From Sphagnum compactum (lineage: Eukaryota), in NCBI GenBank assembly GCA_965153455.1, contig OZ234493.1, positions 23,302,213 to 23,366,212 of the forward strand: a DNA stretch of 64,000 bases, given 5' to 3'. Positions 25,001 to 37,200 of the stretch are shown piece after piece. The notes beneath the pieces were generated by a model that ran no database searches, had not been told where the DNA came from, and saw only the letters and a program-made list of their open reading frames with translations. Each line of letters starts with the position of its first letter. The stretch's first letter is position 1. The position numbers and the translations under genes were made by a program.

Positions 25001-27340
25001 GGTTATACGGGACGACCCAACGGTTGTCAAAAACAAAGCCCGAGCTGCAAGGGGGAGGGGGCAGCAAGTTGTTAGTCAAGGGGAAGCATCTGGTTTTAAG
25101 CTGGTTTGGTCTTAGACACAAACACTTATGGTCAGGTGCACATGACAACGACTCACTTGCCAAATTTCCAACAGCTGCACTTACGTGGGGTGGGTGAAGG
25201 TCCTGCCGTCGTCTCGTCGCCGGTAGGTTGGGTAGCTGCCGGTGGAGTCCTCAGTTTGGGGCTGGAAAGTCTTGGGATAACCCTTGCTACAAGCCCCATT
25301 CACCATGCAAGCACATGAGGGATGTAAGGCCCCACAGGGCCCATGCAACATGCGAGATGTCACAATGTTATAAAGCTCGGGGTGGGTGGATTTGTCTTGA
25401 AGTTCAGCACACACGATCGGGTCATAATCGCTGCTGTCACGCGGCTTGTCTTGGCTGCATAGAATGATCAAAATGTGACCGTGCGGCAAGCCCCGCTTCT
25501 GCCATTCTACAACATGGATGTCGGCCACCGCAGTGCCCAAAACACCATTCTGCAAAAGGTCTTTGAGGAGGGCATTGAGCTTCATCTTGAACACCCTGGA
25601 TGTCAAGTCAGGGCGACCGCTGGCTTCCTCTGAAGGCCTCAGCTCATGCAGGATCTCTGTCCAATTTGGGTTGCACATCATGGTTATGAATAGGTCAGGT
25701 TTCCCAAACTTTCTGACCAAGGCCATGGAATCCTGGTAGAGCTGGTTCATGTCACGGGGGCTACCAGCAAAAGTGGCTGGAAGGACCACCATGCGCCCAA
25801 AGTTGGTGCTATTAACCCCGTCTTGCTGCATGGCATCTACCATTCCTTTATATTGGTCAGCACGCAGGGTGGTCTGGTTGAGGCGCACCCACCGCAGCCG
25901 CTGGCCCTCAACCTTGGAGTACTGGTCAACCACCCACTCTTGATATAGCCTATTGCCATAAGTGAACGTGCTGTTGGTGGGAGGGTTGCGATCATGCATG
26001 AAGTAAGCCGCGTATTCCCTGGCAGTAACCTTGCGAGCGATGCGCCCTGCGGCAGCTCTTCTGTTTTGGCCCTTGCCCCTGCCCCTACCCCCACCCTACC
26101 TCCACCACGCCCGGGGTCCACTGCCGACTCCGCATCAGGCTGTTGTTCATCTTCAGATGGCTGCTGTTGCTCGTCCTCAGAACTTAGCCCATCCACAACC
26201 GCAGGGGTAGCGTCAGTAATATTTGGGTGCCAGCCGGGCTCTCCGTGTGGGTGGAACAGGACAAAATGCAAAGGGTCATAAGCACAGTGGGCATCACTAA
26301 TCCTCCATAACCCCCCACCCTTAGCCCGCACCCTGATGTCTCGTGGATTGCTATCACCATCGCCTGTGAGCAGGCACAAAAGGGAAGATAAATTAAGCAC
26401 AGCCGGGACAATTGCTTGCATGATGGAAGGAACGTGTTGTCGAGGAACGTAACAATTAGGACGGCCGGCACCATAAAAAATAGCACAAAATGGGGCACCA
26501 AAAAGCAGCCATGCAGCCACCCCATTCACTCACCAGGCATTAGGCCGGCCACCTAGCTGGATGTGGGGGCGTTGTATGTGCTTGCGAAAAGATACGGTGG
26601 CAGCGGGGAGGCGTGCACCAGGGGTAGGCTCAGAAGTGAGCAGGTCTCGCAATGGTTGAGGAGGAGGAATGGGGAAGAGGGCCTCACAGCTACAAGATCT
26701 GCCTTTAGCACAGTAAAGGTCTGCGTGTCCTCGGGAAGCCTCATCAGGCCAAATCATAGCTCGGCAATGCTGGCACTCGGCTATCCTACCCCCTATGTCA
26801 AGCACCGGAATACTGGCCTCATCAAATTCTGAAAGGGGGACGCAGGCTGTTGTGTGCAAATCTCGCTCACCCCGCGCCTGTCGGTGGCGCTCGCGGTTGT
26901 GGTCCCGCTGCTGCTGGCGCTACTGGTTCCGCTCCTGGTCTGTCAGTCGAGCACGGGCCTCTGCGTGCTGCTCGCGATTGCGGTCGCGTTGCTGCTCCCG
27001 CGCCACGTCGGTCAGCCGGGCACGGGCCTCTGCGTTCTGCTCGCGGTTGCAGTCGAGCTGCTGCTTTCGCTCCTGGTCTGTCAGCCGGGCACGGGCCTCT
27101 GCGTTCTGCTCGCGGTGGCGGTCGCGCTGCTGCTTCCACTCTTGGTCGGTCAGCCAGGCACGGGCCTCTGCGTGCTGCTCGCGGTTGCGGTCGCGCTGCT
27201 GCTTTCGCTCCAGGTCCGTCAGCCGGGCATGGGCCTCTGCGTTCAACTCGCGGTGGCGGTCGCGCTGCTCTTTCCGCTCCTGGTCGGTCAGCCGGGCACG
27301 GGGCTCTGCGTGTTGGTTGCGCTGCTACTGCCGGGATACA
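22090..27340 (-). pseudogene. Helitron RepHel (HUH Rep endonuclease + Pif1-family helicase), disrupted
   Basis: Zn-finger-like CQHCRA. HUH motif EWQKRGLPHGHIL. Catalytic Tyr motif KYLYKYVYKGHDR. Helicase motifs GLGGAGKTF, VWDEAPM, GGDFRQILPVV, RRQFPLRPAFAMTINKAQGQTL and HGQLYVAFSR. Introns 26533-26364, 25184-25045 and 24011-23799. Stops at 26553, 24978, 24171 and 24165; frameshift near 23085. Confidence 0.95.
26900..27310 (-). repeat. 69 bp coding tandem repeat (~6 copies, 23 aa unit) in the RepHel N-terminus
   Basis: A 'gcacgggcctctgcg'-like motif at 26951, 27020, 27089, 27158, 27227 and 27296. Unit TDQERKQQRDRNREQNAEARARL. Confidence 0.9.
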
Positions 27341-27526
27341 CCTGACCTTCCTCTTGATACATTTTCTGGCCTAAGCTGCATAAGTTTACAATTCAGAAGG
27401 CATCTAGTTCAGCATAGTAAAAAGCTGATTCAGTTTCCTATCTTAAGGCTTGTATTTTGTACTCATTGGGTTGGTGCGTCGGTGAAAGTTTGCTATGTAG
27501 TAGCCACTTCTTAGGCTGTTTTATTG

Positions 27527-27673
27527 TTGTTGGAACAACACAAAAAGTAATGATATTGAGCACTGCAGACCATTATAGTATTGGAAAACTTAGACTTTGT
27601 TGTTAGAACAGCACAAAAAGTAATGATATTGAACACTGCAAACCATTATAGTATTGGAAAACTTAGACTTTGA
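27527..27673. repeat. ~73 bp tandem duplication inside the Helitron 5' region
   Basis: 'aaaagtaatgatattga.cactgca.accattatagtattggaaaacttagactttg' occurs twice. Confidence 0.85.
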
Positions 27674-28602
27674 GGGGCTAGTACTTGAACAGAAAAGATC
27701 ATAGAAATTTGGCCTGCTTTATTCAAGTTCCAAGTTCTACCAATGCTCCTATATGCAGATATATTATGCAGAACCTACCTACCTTCACCTCCCTACCTAC
27801 CTACCCACTTACCTACCTTTGCTCATTGTGGCTGCAGTAGACTCCAGAGTCCAATAACCAATAGGCTACTACAACACAAGAACATGACCTATCTGCACCT
27901 ATTCAATGGCACAGGGGTTCCATTCCAATGCAAAAATTCTCCCAAAATGTTATATATTTTAATATACTTTACAAAGGGCTTTTTTGGAGAAACATATACA
28001 AAAGTTGTTGCCAGATTCATATCATTGCAGCTGGAAAAAAGAAAGCCTCTGGTTTGCAGATTTACAATAAGAAGCTTGATTTTTGAACCTCTGAAAACTG
28101 ACAAATCTTCTCTCTACCATTTTATTTTGAAAATAATATATAAATAATCCCATTATGCGAGAGAAAACTTTTTTTTCTGGAAGGGTTGTGGATTTCTTTG
28201 ATGACAGTATTGTTTTGTTGTTCATGGTCGATTCAGATGGTGTGTGTGTGTGTGTGTGTGTTTTTTTAGGTTATTAGAACAGTTTGCTGTTGGAGTTCAG
28301 AAGAAGATGAAACTGGAGTCAGAGAATGTGAGAACAAAGAGTACCATACCAAAATGAGTATAACAAAAACAAATATTTTAAATGATGACAAAAATATAAG
28401 TAGTTGTAGGATCACACGGAAAGAAAGGGAGAGTCAAGGGAGAGAAAAACAGTTTAGGTTTTCCGATGCATCATCAGAACCTCGAAAAGCCATGGTTGCA
28501 GCGTCCAAAGTGTAAACCTCTTTCCCTCCCTCCCGCTCGTTATGCTTCAAGCGTGGTCGACAATCATGACCGGCAAAAGCCACAAAACGAAAGCAAGCGC
28601 AA

Positions 28603-28770
28603 GGATCTAGGTTTGCATGAAAGTTGTCAAGAAGCAGCCATCTGCGGCCTCTTCGTCGTCTCTTTGCGCTTCGTCATCTCTTTGCGCTGGGATCTGGGTT
28701 TGCATGAAAGTTGTCAAGAAGCAGCCATCTGCGGCCTCTTCGTCGTCTCTTTGCGCTGGGATCTGGGTTT
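28603..28770. repeat. Tandem duplication in the Helitron 5' subterminal region
   Basis: 'ggatct.ggtttgcatgaaagttgtcaagaagcagccatctgcggcctcttcgtcgtctctttgcgct' occurs twice. Confidence 0.85.
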
Positions 28771-30226
28771 CCGGACCTCGGCGGACGAACAGTTGGGATC
28801 TGGGTTTCAGGACCTCGGCGGACGGACAAGACCTCCACTGTCAGGACCTCGACGCACGGACGCACACACGGACGCAACAAGTGACTTTATATATAAGATA
28901 TTCATTACACTCCAAAGCTCAAAATTCTTACAATCTTGAAGACAATCATCACAAAACATTGTTGGCAAAACAAACAAGTATAACTTTGTTGAAAGAAACA
29001 AAGAAAAAAATGATATTTTTGTTTTTTATTCCATTCTAAATAAAAATGATAATTTTGCCTTTTCTAAACTTCTCATTTTAAAGTTTTGATTTACAACCCA
29101 AATGCAAAAGAAAGTTATTCCACATGTCTTCTAGTTGTTTCATTAAAAAATACAAATACAAATACAAATCAAAAGAGCAACCCTTTCATTTATCATTCTT
29201 TTTCAATTCTTTGAAATTAAGCACAACAGAATGGTATCCCATCAATGTAAGCCAAAATTGATTAGCATATTGTCATGTGTTCTATGGCATTATAAATGTT
29301 CAATTTTTCACAAGTAATTAACACCTAGTTGCCTAAATATCTAGGTAATCTATGTGCATATCAATTTTCAAACTAATCACAAATTAATGAATGATTACAT
29401 GAATGACTTGGCAATGTGCATACCAATTAGCATTTACCACATAGGTGAAGTACAAATGTGGCATGTTCGTACAATGTATGTCATTGTCCCATGGAAATTG
29501 AAGTTACAGGTTGTAACTTTCTTGCAACAAAAGGACAAAATCAAATATTGTTGACCCAAACCTTTCAATTGATAATAGACGTTTCAAATTGGTGATCACC
29601 ATCAAATTACATTATAAGAAATCATGGCTTTTCAAGTTGTTCAACTTGAGTACTTTATTTGTTTTGATTAGAAATTTGGTCAATTGGATTTGAAGTTTTA
29701 GTTGTTGAATTGACATGCCTGTTCCAACTATTTCAATTAACTAAAGTGGCCTTTTTGAATACTTGGTCATATTTGACATTTAGTAAAATAAAACAAGAAA
29801 TGGACACCTTTAGTAAAAAAAGAAGTTATAACCAAATGAAATATTTCAAATTTGATATACATGATACTATTCATAATAACAATAAAGGTGTACATTGTTG
29901 TTTCATATACAATGTTCCCAAATATATATGTATTTGTGGACAAAGTTGTTAAAAGGGGTTAATCATAGTTTTTACTATAACACCATGCCAAAACATATTA
30001 CCAATGGTGGTACGTAGGGGATAAAAAATCATTGCCTCCATTATTTAGGAGAAATTACCATATTTATAAAGTACCAATTTATAGTCAATGTTTTAGGTTA
30101 GGTGACTTTATTAACCACCATTAATTAGGATTTTTGGGGCTTTGGTTGGGAGTTCCACCATTTATATAGTGGAAGGGATTAATGGTTTAACCCAAATCAT
30201 TCACCATTAAACCAAGTAGTTTCATA

Positions 30227-30637
30227 TCATATATATTAATTCAGTAAGTCCATATGTCTGTGACGGGGGTTTTGGGGGTGGGGGAGGGAGAGGCCGGTGA
30301 AGCAGCGGGCGATGCCCAACACTACGTCTGTCTGTCTGTGATAGGGCTTGGTCTGTCAGTCTGTCTTGGGCACGGGCGAGAACTGGGCACGGGCACGGGC
30401 GGGACTGAGCACGGATTGGGCACGGGACTAGACACGGACTGGGCACGGGCACGAGCGGACTGGGCCCGGGAGAGAGGCACAGCACGGACGAACTGGCACG
30501 GGTGGATTGGGCACGAGCGAGCACGGCACGGGCGGATTGAGCACGGACTGAGCACGGGCACGAGCATGGGACTAGGCACGGGCACGGGCGAGCTGGGCAC
30601 GGACAGATTGTGTCCGAACGTCACGAGTACCCACTAG
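30227..30637 (+). mobile_element. Non-autonomous Helitron (411 bp) with internal GGGCAC/GGAC repeats
   Basis: Starts A|TCATATATATTAATTC and ends ...tacccaCTAG|T, with a degenerate subterminal hairpin (gtgtccgaacgtcac). It forms a sharp GC-rich island in AT-rich DNA, with no TSD. Confidence 0.8.
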
Positions 30638-33600
30638 TGAAAGAATAATTCATAACTTTTTTGTTTCAAGTTTACACATACCAAAATAAGAAATCTTGGC
30701 ATGTGTAATTTTTCAAATTCAAAAGTTACAAAAAGCTATTTTAACAAACACATGGGCATGTGGTTTAATGGTAAAGGTCTTTCCAAATATTCAATTTAAA
30801 GTCAATCCTTGAGTGGTGTTCCTTGCTCTAGCCTTTTCACCTACCTTTTTAACCCCCTAGATTTGATAACTAGACCTGAATAGATATTAAATACCTCTTC
30901 AAATATTAGAAAATAAGACCCTTGATACCATACCCTATTTGGTTGTCATGGGCTAATTTTCACAATGAGGCAATTATTGAAATAGGTATCACCTAATGTG
31001 ATACCTATCAACTTTTAATTAAAAAATAGCTTGAAAATCGTTTGAAAATTTGGCCATTTTTGTGATACCCACCCAACATTGCAAATTATGTTCTTTTATG
31101 AATGTAAAGGTTTTCAAAAACAAATTTGTTATTTTTTTTTATGGTATTATTATTATTTGTTCCATTTTAATACTTGTTAATCACCATTTAAATCTTAAAA
31201 GCAATTGTGAGCCCCTTGTTGGGTATTATTTACAAGAGCCTTGAACTTTGCCTTCATTTTTCAAAATGTTTACGAGAACAGATGAATTATTTTAAAAGCA
31301 ATTCATTAAAGCATTAAATTGTTCATCATTGAACACTTTATGCATAATGGATTATATTATGTATTTGAAATAATTGATTATGGACTGTCACATTCAAAAC
31401 TATGTGATATTGAATCAAAATTATAGCCACATTTGCTTCAACATATTTAAACACAAGTGTCTATCCTTAAACCTCAATGTTGCAAAATTAAATTCGATTT
31501 GATGAACACCATTTTCAACTAGCAACTAAAATATTGATATCATTTTGATATGCACATTGTAACTCTAGCTTGTTCATGCTTTACAAGTTCATAGTTAGAT
31601 ATCCAAATATTGGACATACCATTGAAAGTTAGATCTTTAATTGAACCAATTTATTGGGGTTTTTAAAAAATATTATTTGAATTATCATTGCATTTTTGGG
31701 AAAATTAATCCATATATTGCATAACATATATTGATAAAATCACTAGTTATGTATAATAATTTTGTAATATATCAACTAGTTCCAATGTGACATACTATAT
31801 GATTGTAATTTCAAACAAAGTTCATAATTATTTAAAAGTTCCCATCACAAATTAATTTGGAAAAATTACTAAATTTATTTTAGGTCTTCATTTAAATTAA
31901 TTAATATAAATGATTGAAATGTTGGGAATTATTACATCTGTATTTTAACTTAAATGTTAATTATAGATTATAATTGAAATAAAACTTGTCAAGGTTCACT
32001 TTTAAAATACATATTTATTAATAGGTAGGTTAGAAATAAGTAAGTAAGTAGCTTAGTAGGTAAATAAAAGGTAAGTGGGTTGTAGATTTATATGTAGGTT
32101 GTAAGAAAATAGGTTAATAAATGTAATTCAAGTTATGTTCAAACATAATACTTTTGAAAGATATGTTTTGAACTTTAATTACAAAATTCAAAAACATTTT
32201 CCTTCAAATGACTTGGTGATTTGTCCAATTTTTTTACGAAATCAATTTTTGAGATGGATTTTTTGTTTTGCTCAAGTGAAGCAAATGACAATACACTACT
32301 AAAAAGTTTTTTGGGGAAGGATCATGATAAAAGTTTATTTATTAGGGGAAGATGTGGACCATATGCAAATTAGTGAGAATGTGAAGTTTAAGCTCTAAGA
32401 AGAGGGACATTCTTGGTGTAACATGATTGAGGAAAGTACAAACAAAGAAGGACATGCATGGAGAGTTTAAAAGAAGAAAACCATGTTATTTCTTAATTCT
32501 GAAATACATGGAGAGTTATGGAACTTGGTGTATACTTTCATTTTTATTGTATTTTGCTTAAACTTCTTAGATTTGTGAATATAAATATTATTTTTTTCTA
32601 AAATATTGTAGTTTTTTTTGTTTTGTGGATTATTTTGTTATTTTTTCCATTTAAAATGTTTTTGTAGAGGTTCTAGAACCTGATGGTGGTTGTAGCAAAA
32701 GGTAGTTGTTGGAAGGTAGTGTGCAAAAAGATGAAAGTAGCATGAAAGAGTTAATGTTCTATAGCTTCCAACTATTCTTCAAAGACTAAGATAACTACCA
32801 TCCAATATTCAATTTGTCTTGGGATTTTATTTTGTAAGTTTTTTGTTTGGGGTTAGATTGTTTTTAAGAAGGCAGCTCCTCCTTTCCTTTTTTCATGTTT
32901 TGATTTTATTTCTTTTGTTTTGTTTACTCGAATACTTTCCTTGGTAGCCAAGTCCACAAGTATACAATTGTCATAAGTTATAAAATAACATTAAAAAATT
33001 CGAATAAATTTTGAAGACATGTAAATTTTCCTTCACTAAAAGGGCAAATGTTTTTAAAAAAAAAACACTCACCTTTTTTTTTGATTATTCTCCCAAGGAT
33101 GTTTGCGAGATATTTTTTAATTTTTTTTTAATTGATGTTTTATGTTGGGTAAAGAGCAAAATGTTTTTGAAATGCCTGCCTTTGTAGCTTTACCTTGGGT
33201 TGGTGCTTACTTTGACAAACACCTTGCTCTTGAAGCATTATAGTACTTGAAAAAGCAATGAATTGCGATCTTGTAATATAGTCTAAGTTACAATCTTTTT
33301 GAAACTAGATTTTTAAAAAATATACAAAATCATGACATTAGGAATTTTGAAATTATTGCTTATTAAAGTTTCCATATTATGATAACATGGTTGAAAGTTT
33401 GAATTGTAGATCACGTTTATGATTTTTGAAAAAAAATTAATGTTATTTGATTACAAATCATAATTATAGTGAGTCTTTTTCAAATTTTAATAGGATTGTG
33501 ACATTACAATTTATATGTGTTTAAAATGTCTTGCATTTGATGTAAAACTTTCAATTTCAAATTACTCCACTTTTTTATCACACTAAATTATATAAAAATA

Positions 33601-33717
33601 ATATTAATAAGACTCTTGTCATAAAATTAAAAACACAATCCAACTCATAGAAGTGCATAAAAAATTAACAATATAACTTTCATTCATCAACACTCTAACT
33701 TGAAAATAATCATGAAG

Positions 33718-33880
33718 TTGAAGCATTATAACAAAAGGTGTTCTTGTGCGTCAAATGATTTCACTGGATTTTGAAGCATTATAACAAAAGGTGTTCCTGT
33801 ACGTCAAGTGATTTCATTGGATTTTGAAGCATTATAACAAAAGGTGTTCCTGTACGTCAAGTGATTTCATTGAATTTTGA
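33718..33880. repeat. 53 bp tandem repeat x3 in the XCT upstream region
   Basis: 'gaagcattataacaaaaggtgttc' at 33720, 33773 and 33826. Confidence 0.9.
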
Positions 33881-34125
33881 ATGAATTCACTAGTTGTAAT
33901 GAATGAGGAACAATGAAAAAGCAGTGAATTCATTGATTTAATGAATGAGGACTAATGAACTCCACCCACATCTTGTAATAATGAATGAGTGCTTCTTCAC
34001 CTTATGTTTACAATAGGTCTCTTACACCCTTAAAAAAGGAAATTTCATCTACAAATATTAAAAAAATTGGTAACACAAAACTATGTATTTTCTTGGATTA
34101 AAGTCTTGCAGGTTCACAACCAAAA

Positions 34126-34176
34126 CTAGGGTTTAGGGTTTGAGAGAGACTCTAGGGTTTCTAGGGTTTAGGGTTT
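34126..34176 (+). promoter_or_regulatory. Cluster of telo-boxes (TAGGGTTT) just upstream of the XCT start codon
   Basis: Five TAGGGTTT motifs 85-135 bp before the ATG. Telo-boxes are typical of plant housekeeping and RNA-processing gene leaders. Confidence 0.65.
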
Positions 34177-34258
34177 TCAGTTTTTCAGGTTTATGCTCTC
34201 GCACGGCTTCTGGCACTGAGAACGCAAGTTGGGGGGTTCTGAGACTGATGTGGTGGCG

Positions 34259-37200
34259 ATGTCGGGAATGGGAGATGGGTACGTTGGGACGGCGCAGGAC
34301 GCGGCGCGTATCCGGAGGTTGGAGAAGCAGAGAGAATTGGAGAGGAAGCGCATCCAAGAGTTGAAGAAGAAGTCGGCTGAAGGCCAGGGTGGTCTCCTCC
34401 AATTCGGTTCTGGTACTTCAGAAGTATGTTTTTTTTGTTTCTCACTCCCTCTCTCTCTCTCTCTGGCTGACCTCAAGGTTACTCAAGTGTCAGTGGTTCT
34501 CTTCTCTCGTAAGTTAGTCTTCCTGGAGTTCCAGAGCTTTGATTTTGTTTTTCCTTGCTTTGCTTCTGTTTTGGTGGGGAATTATGTGTGAGGAGCTGAG
34601 CAATATTTTCTCCAAGTCTATTTTCTATTTATCTCGTCTGCTCTCTTGTTCTGTGTGCTTTGTCAAGACTTCAATTAGGTCAACTGTCTTTAATGAAGCA
34701 TAAGGCGAAGGTCCTGAAGAGTGATTATAGTTTCTGTCACAGCTTGTGAGGTTAGGGTTAGGGTTGAGTCTGAATTGTTGTGAAGCAGGCAGAGGATGTG
34801 TATGCTGCTAGAGGAAAGAGGATGCATAATTATGAAAGGAAAATGACCTTCTTTCTTTCTCCGAGTCCTGAGACGAGACTGTTTCTGGACTTCTTCCCTG
34901 TCTTGTGGATGATTATATTGCTGATCACATGTGATGCAGTTGCTGGAGAGTGCATTCAAGAAGGAAACAGTTGGACTTGTCACTCGTGAGCAGTTTGTTG
35001 AAAAGGTTTGATCATTTGTGAGATTGTTTCACCTTACAAGTTTTGTAACAAGTAGTGCCATTGATGTTGATCTAGCATCATTGCATGTCACATGTAAGCA
35101 AGCACTGGAACTGGTAGGGCATTTGTATTGTTCAATTTCAGAAGTGAGTTAAGTATTAATGAAGACAAAGAGAAGCAGCCAGGTTCTTTCAACTTACAAG
35201 ATTCCAAAGAATGCCAATTACCTTGATCTATTGTCAATGTGGGGCGAGTGCAAGCAAGTACTTGAACTGATAGAGGCCTTTGCATTGTTTGGCTTCAGAG
35301 GGTGAATCTACGCAGTAAACTTGAAGAAGAAGAAAAAGAGAAGCAGCAAAAGCTTGCTCAAGAGTAAGCTTGCATCACTTTACTCTCTGAAGTAACCTAT
35401 CTATGCCTGCTCAAGCAACTGCTATCTATGGATTAGTAATATCATAGACCTAGGGATGCATCCTAAGCTTTTGCACAGTTGTAGTCTAGTCAAGAACTTT
35501 CCAATCTGGAGCGGTCTAGATCAAGGGCATCACTCTGTAGCATCCATCAGCAATCATGATTTATATGGTTCAGCAAATTGCTAATTGCCAACAATGTATG
35601 CTAGTTGAGTAATTTCATTTGTTTCCATGGTCAGTGCACACAGCTGTAGGATAACTTGGGTTGTGCAGTCCTGCTTTCATCGGTACAGTATAATAAGAGT
35701 TGGCATGTCCTGTGATCCTGATTACTATATTTTCACTTTCAGATGGATTTTGCATGTTGTCCATCTCTGGGTGTCACGTGCAGTTGATCTTATAGGGGGA
35801 AACTTGGGTCTGTAGAGAGGAACAAAGGCAGGTGCAAAAGCGCAAGAAGAGGAGGGCCAAAGGTCCATCTCGCTTGTCATTTGCTGATGAAGTTGATGGG
35901 GACACTGATGAGGATGACAGTGAAGCTTCTGGTATGATTGCTTAATTCCCATTCATCTTTCTATTCATAAAATGGCATGATTGTGATGTTTGAGTCTATT
36001 ACTGACCAATACTCTGTGGGTCCAAGTTCACCACATCATTTCTCATTTATCTCTTACTGTCTCCATGTATGTAGTTGCAGAAAGGCAAAGAGAAGAGACA
36101 AGAAAGCAGCAGAAGCTAGGAAAATTTGGAAAAAACCCTGCAGTTGAGACCAGCTTTTTACCTGACAGGTATGACAGTTTTAAATCCTTAAGCAACTTTC
36201 ACTTATTGACTCCAACTGCTTGTAGCAATTTCTCACACCATACTTGACAGCTGACTACCAAGCTAACTGTAGTGGTTTAAGAAGATTGCCCAATTCAGAG
36301 TCTAGCGTTTAAGTGGATCAGATCAGTTTGACTCAAAGTATCTTCTCACTATTGGATATTTGGTATGTCTTTTATGAGAAACAAAACCTGCTGGGCTCTG
36401 GCAGAATTGTCATGTATCTGTGCACAAGAAGTTGATTCCTGGCCTACCTTGAATGTGTAATTCTGATTATGCTGTGAAGGGTGGGGAGAGTGTAACTACA
36501 GGGAACGTGAGGCTCAGGAACAAGCAGAGAGGGAGCGGCTTCGCAAGCGATGGCTCCAGGAGCAGGAACGCATTCGCAGTATGCTTTCTTTTTCTTCCCA
36601 TTCTTTTTTGCAAGCTGTTTCATGTACGCAGGTCATCTGTATTTAGAATACAAGTGGGAGTAATGTAGCTGGGTGTTACTGGACATCTGGGTCTTAGGAG
36701 ATGAGGTTGCAGATTAGGTTGGAGACAACTTTTTGAAGGAACTGTCTTTCAGTGATGTGAGTGAAGCTTTATGGTTGAAACAAGAGTGGAAAGAAGATTG
36801 CTTTCATAATTTAGAAAGATTTCTTTTTTTTATGATGATGCGATGCTGTGATTCCAATTGAGAACATCATCTTTCTTTCAGTTTCTGATTCCATGAGAAC
36901 CATGTTTGTAGTTGCTGTTCAAGTTCTAAACTTGGGTACAATGTCAACACCTGACCATGATGCTCCAAAATCTTGAATTTCTCCATATTTCATATCTGCA
37001 GATGAACCTCTCGAGATAACATATAGTTACTGGGATGGTGCTGGTCATCGGCGTGTCCTTCAGGTTTCCCTGGCTCTTAACCTTGTTACTGAATGTAGTG
37101 CATTGCTTGCTTCAAGTTCTCTGCAGTCTTGTCTCTTGTCAGTTAGGTTGTCAAGTCAATCTGGTGTCCAGATTTTTCATCTATATGTCTACAGGTTGAA

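Larger units (their letters stand above)
21994..28898 (-). mobile_element. Full-length autonomous-type Helitron (6905 bp), inactivated
   Basis: The 5' end is TCTTATATATAAAGTCAC (28898 downward). The 3' end has hairpin CGTGCC-TTGCA-GGCACG (22022-22006), 8 nt, then CTAG (21997-21994). It is inserted between A and T with no TSD and encodes RepHel. Confidence 0.95.

Noticed and set aside
26795-27514. Plus-strand ORFs of 239, 174 and 163 aa, including a hydrophobic repeat protein
   Set aside because: Antisense shadows of the 69 bp RepHel coding repeat.
30222-30637. Overlapping 100-127 aa ORFs
   Set aside because: Artefacts of GGGCAC repeats in the mini-Helitron.
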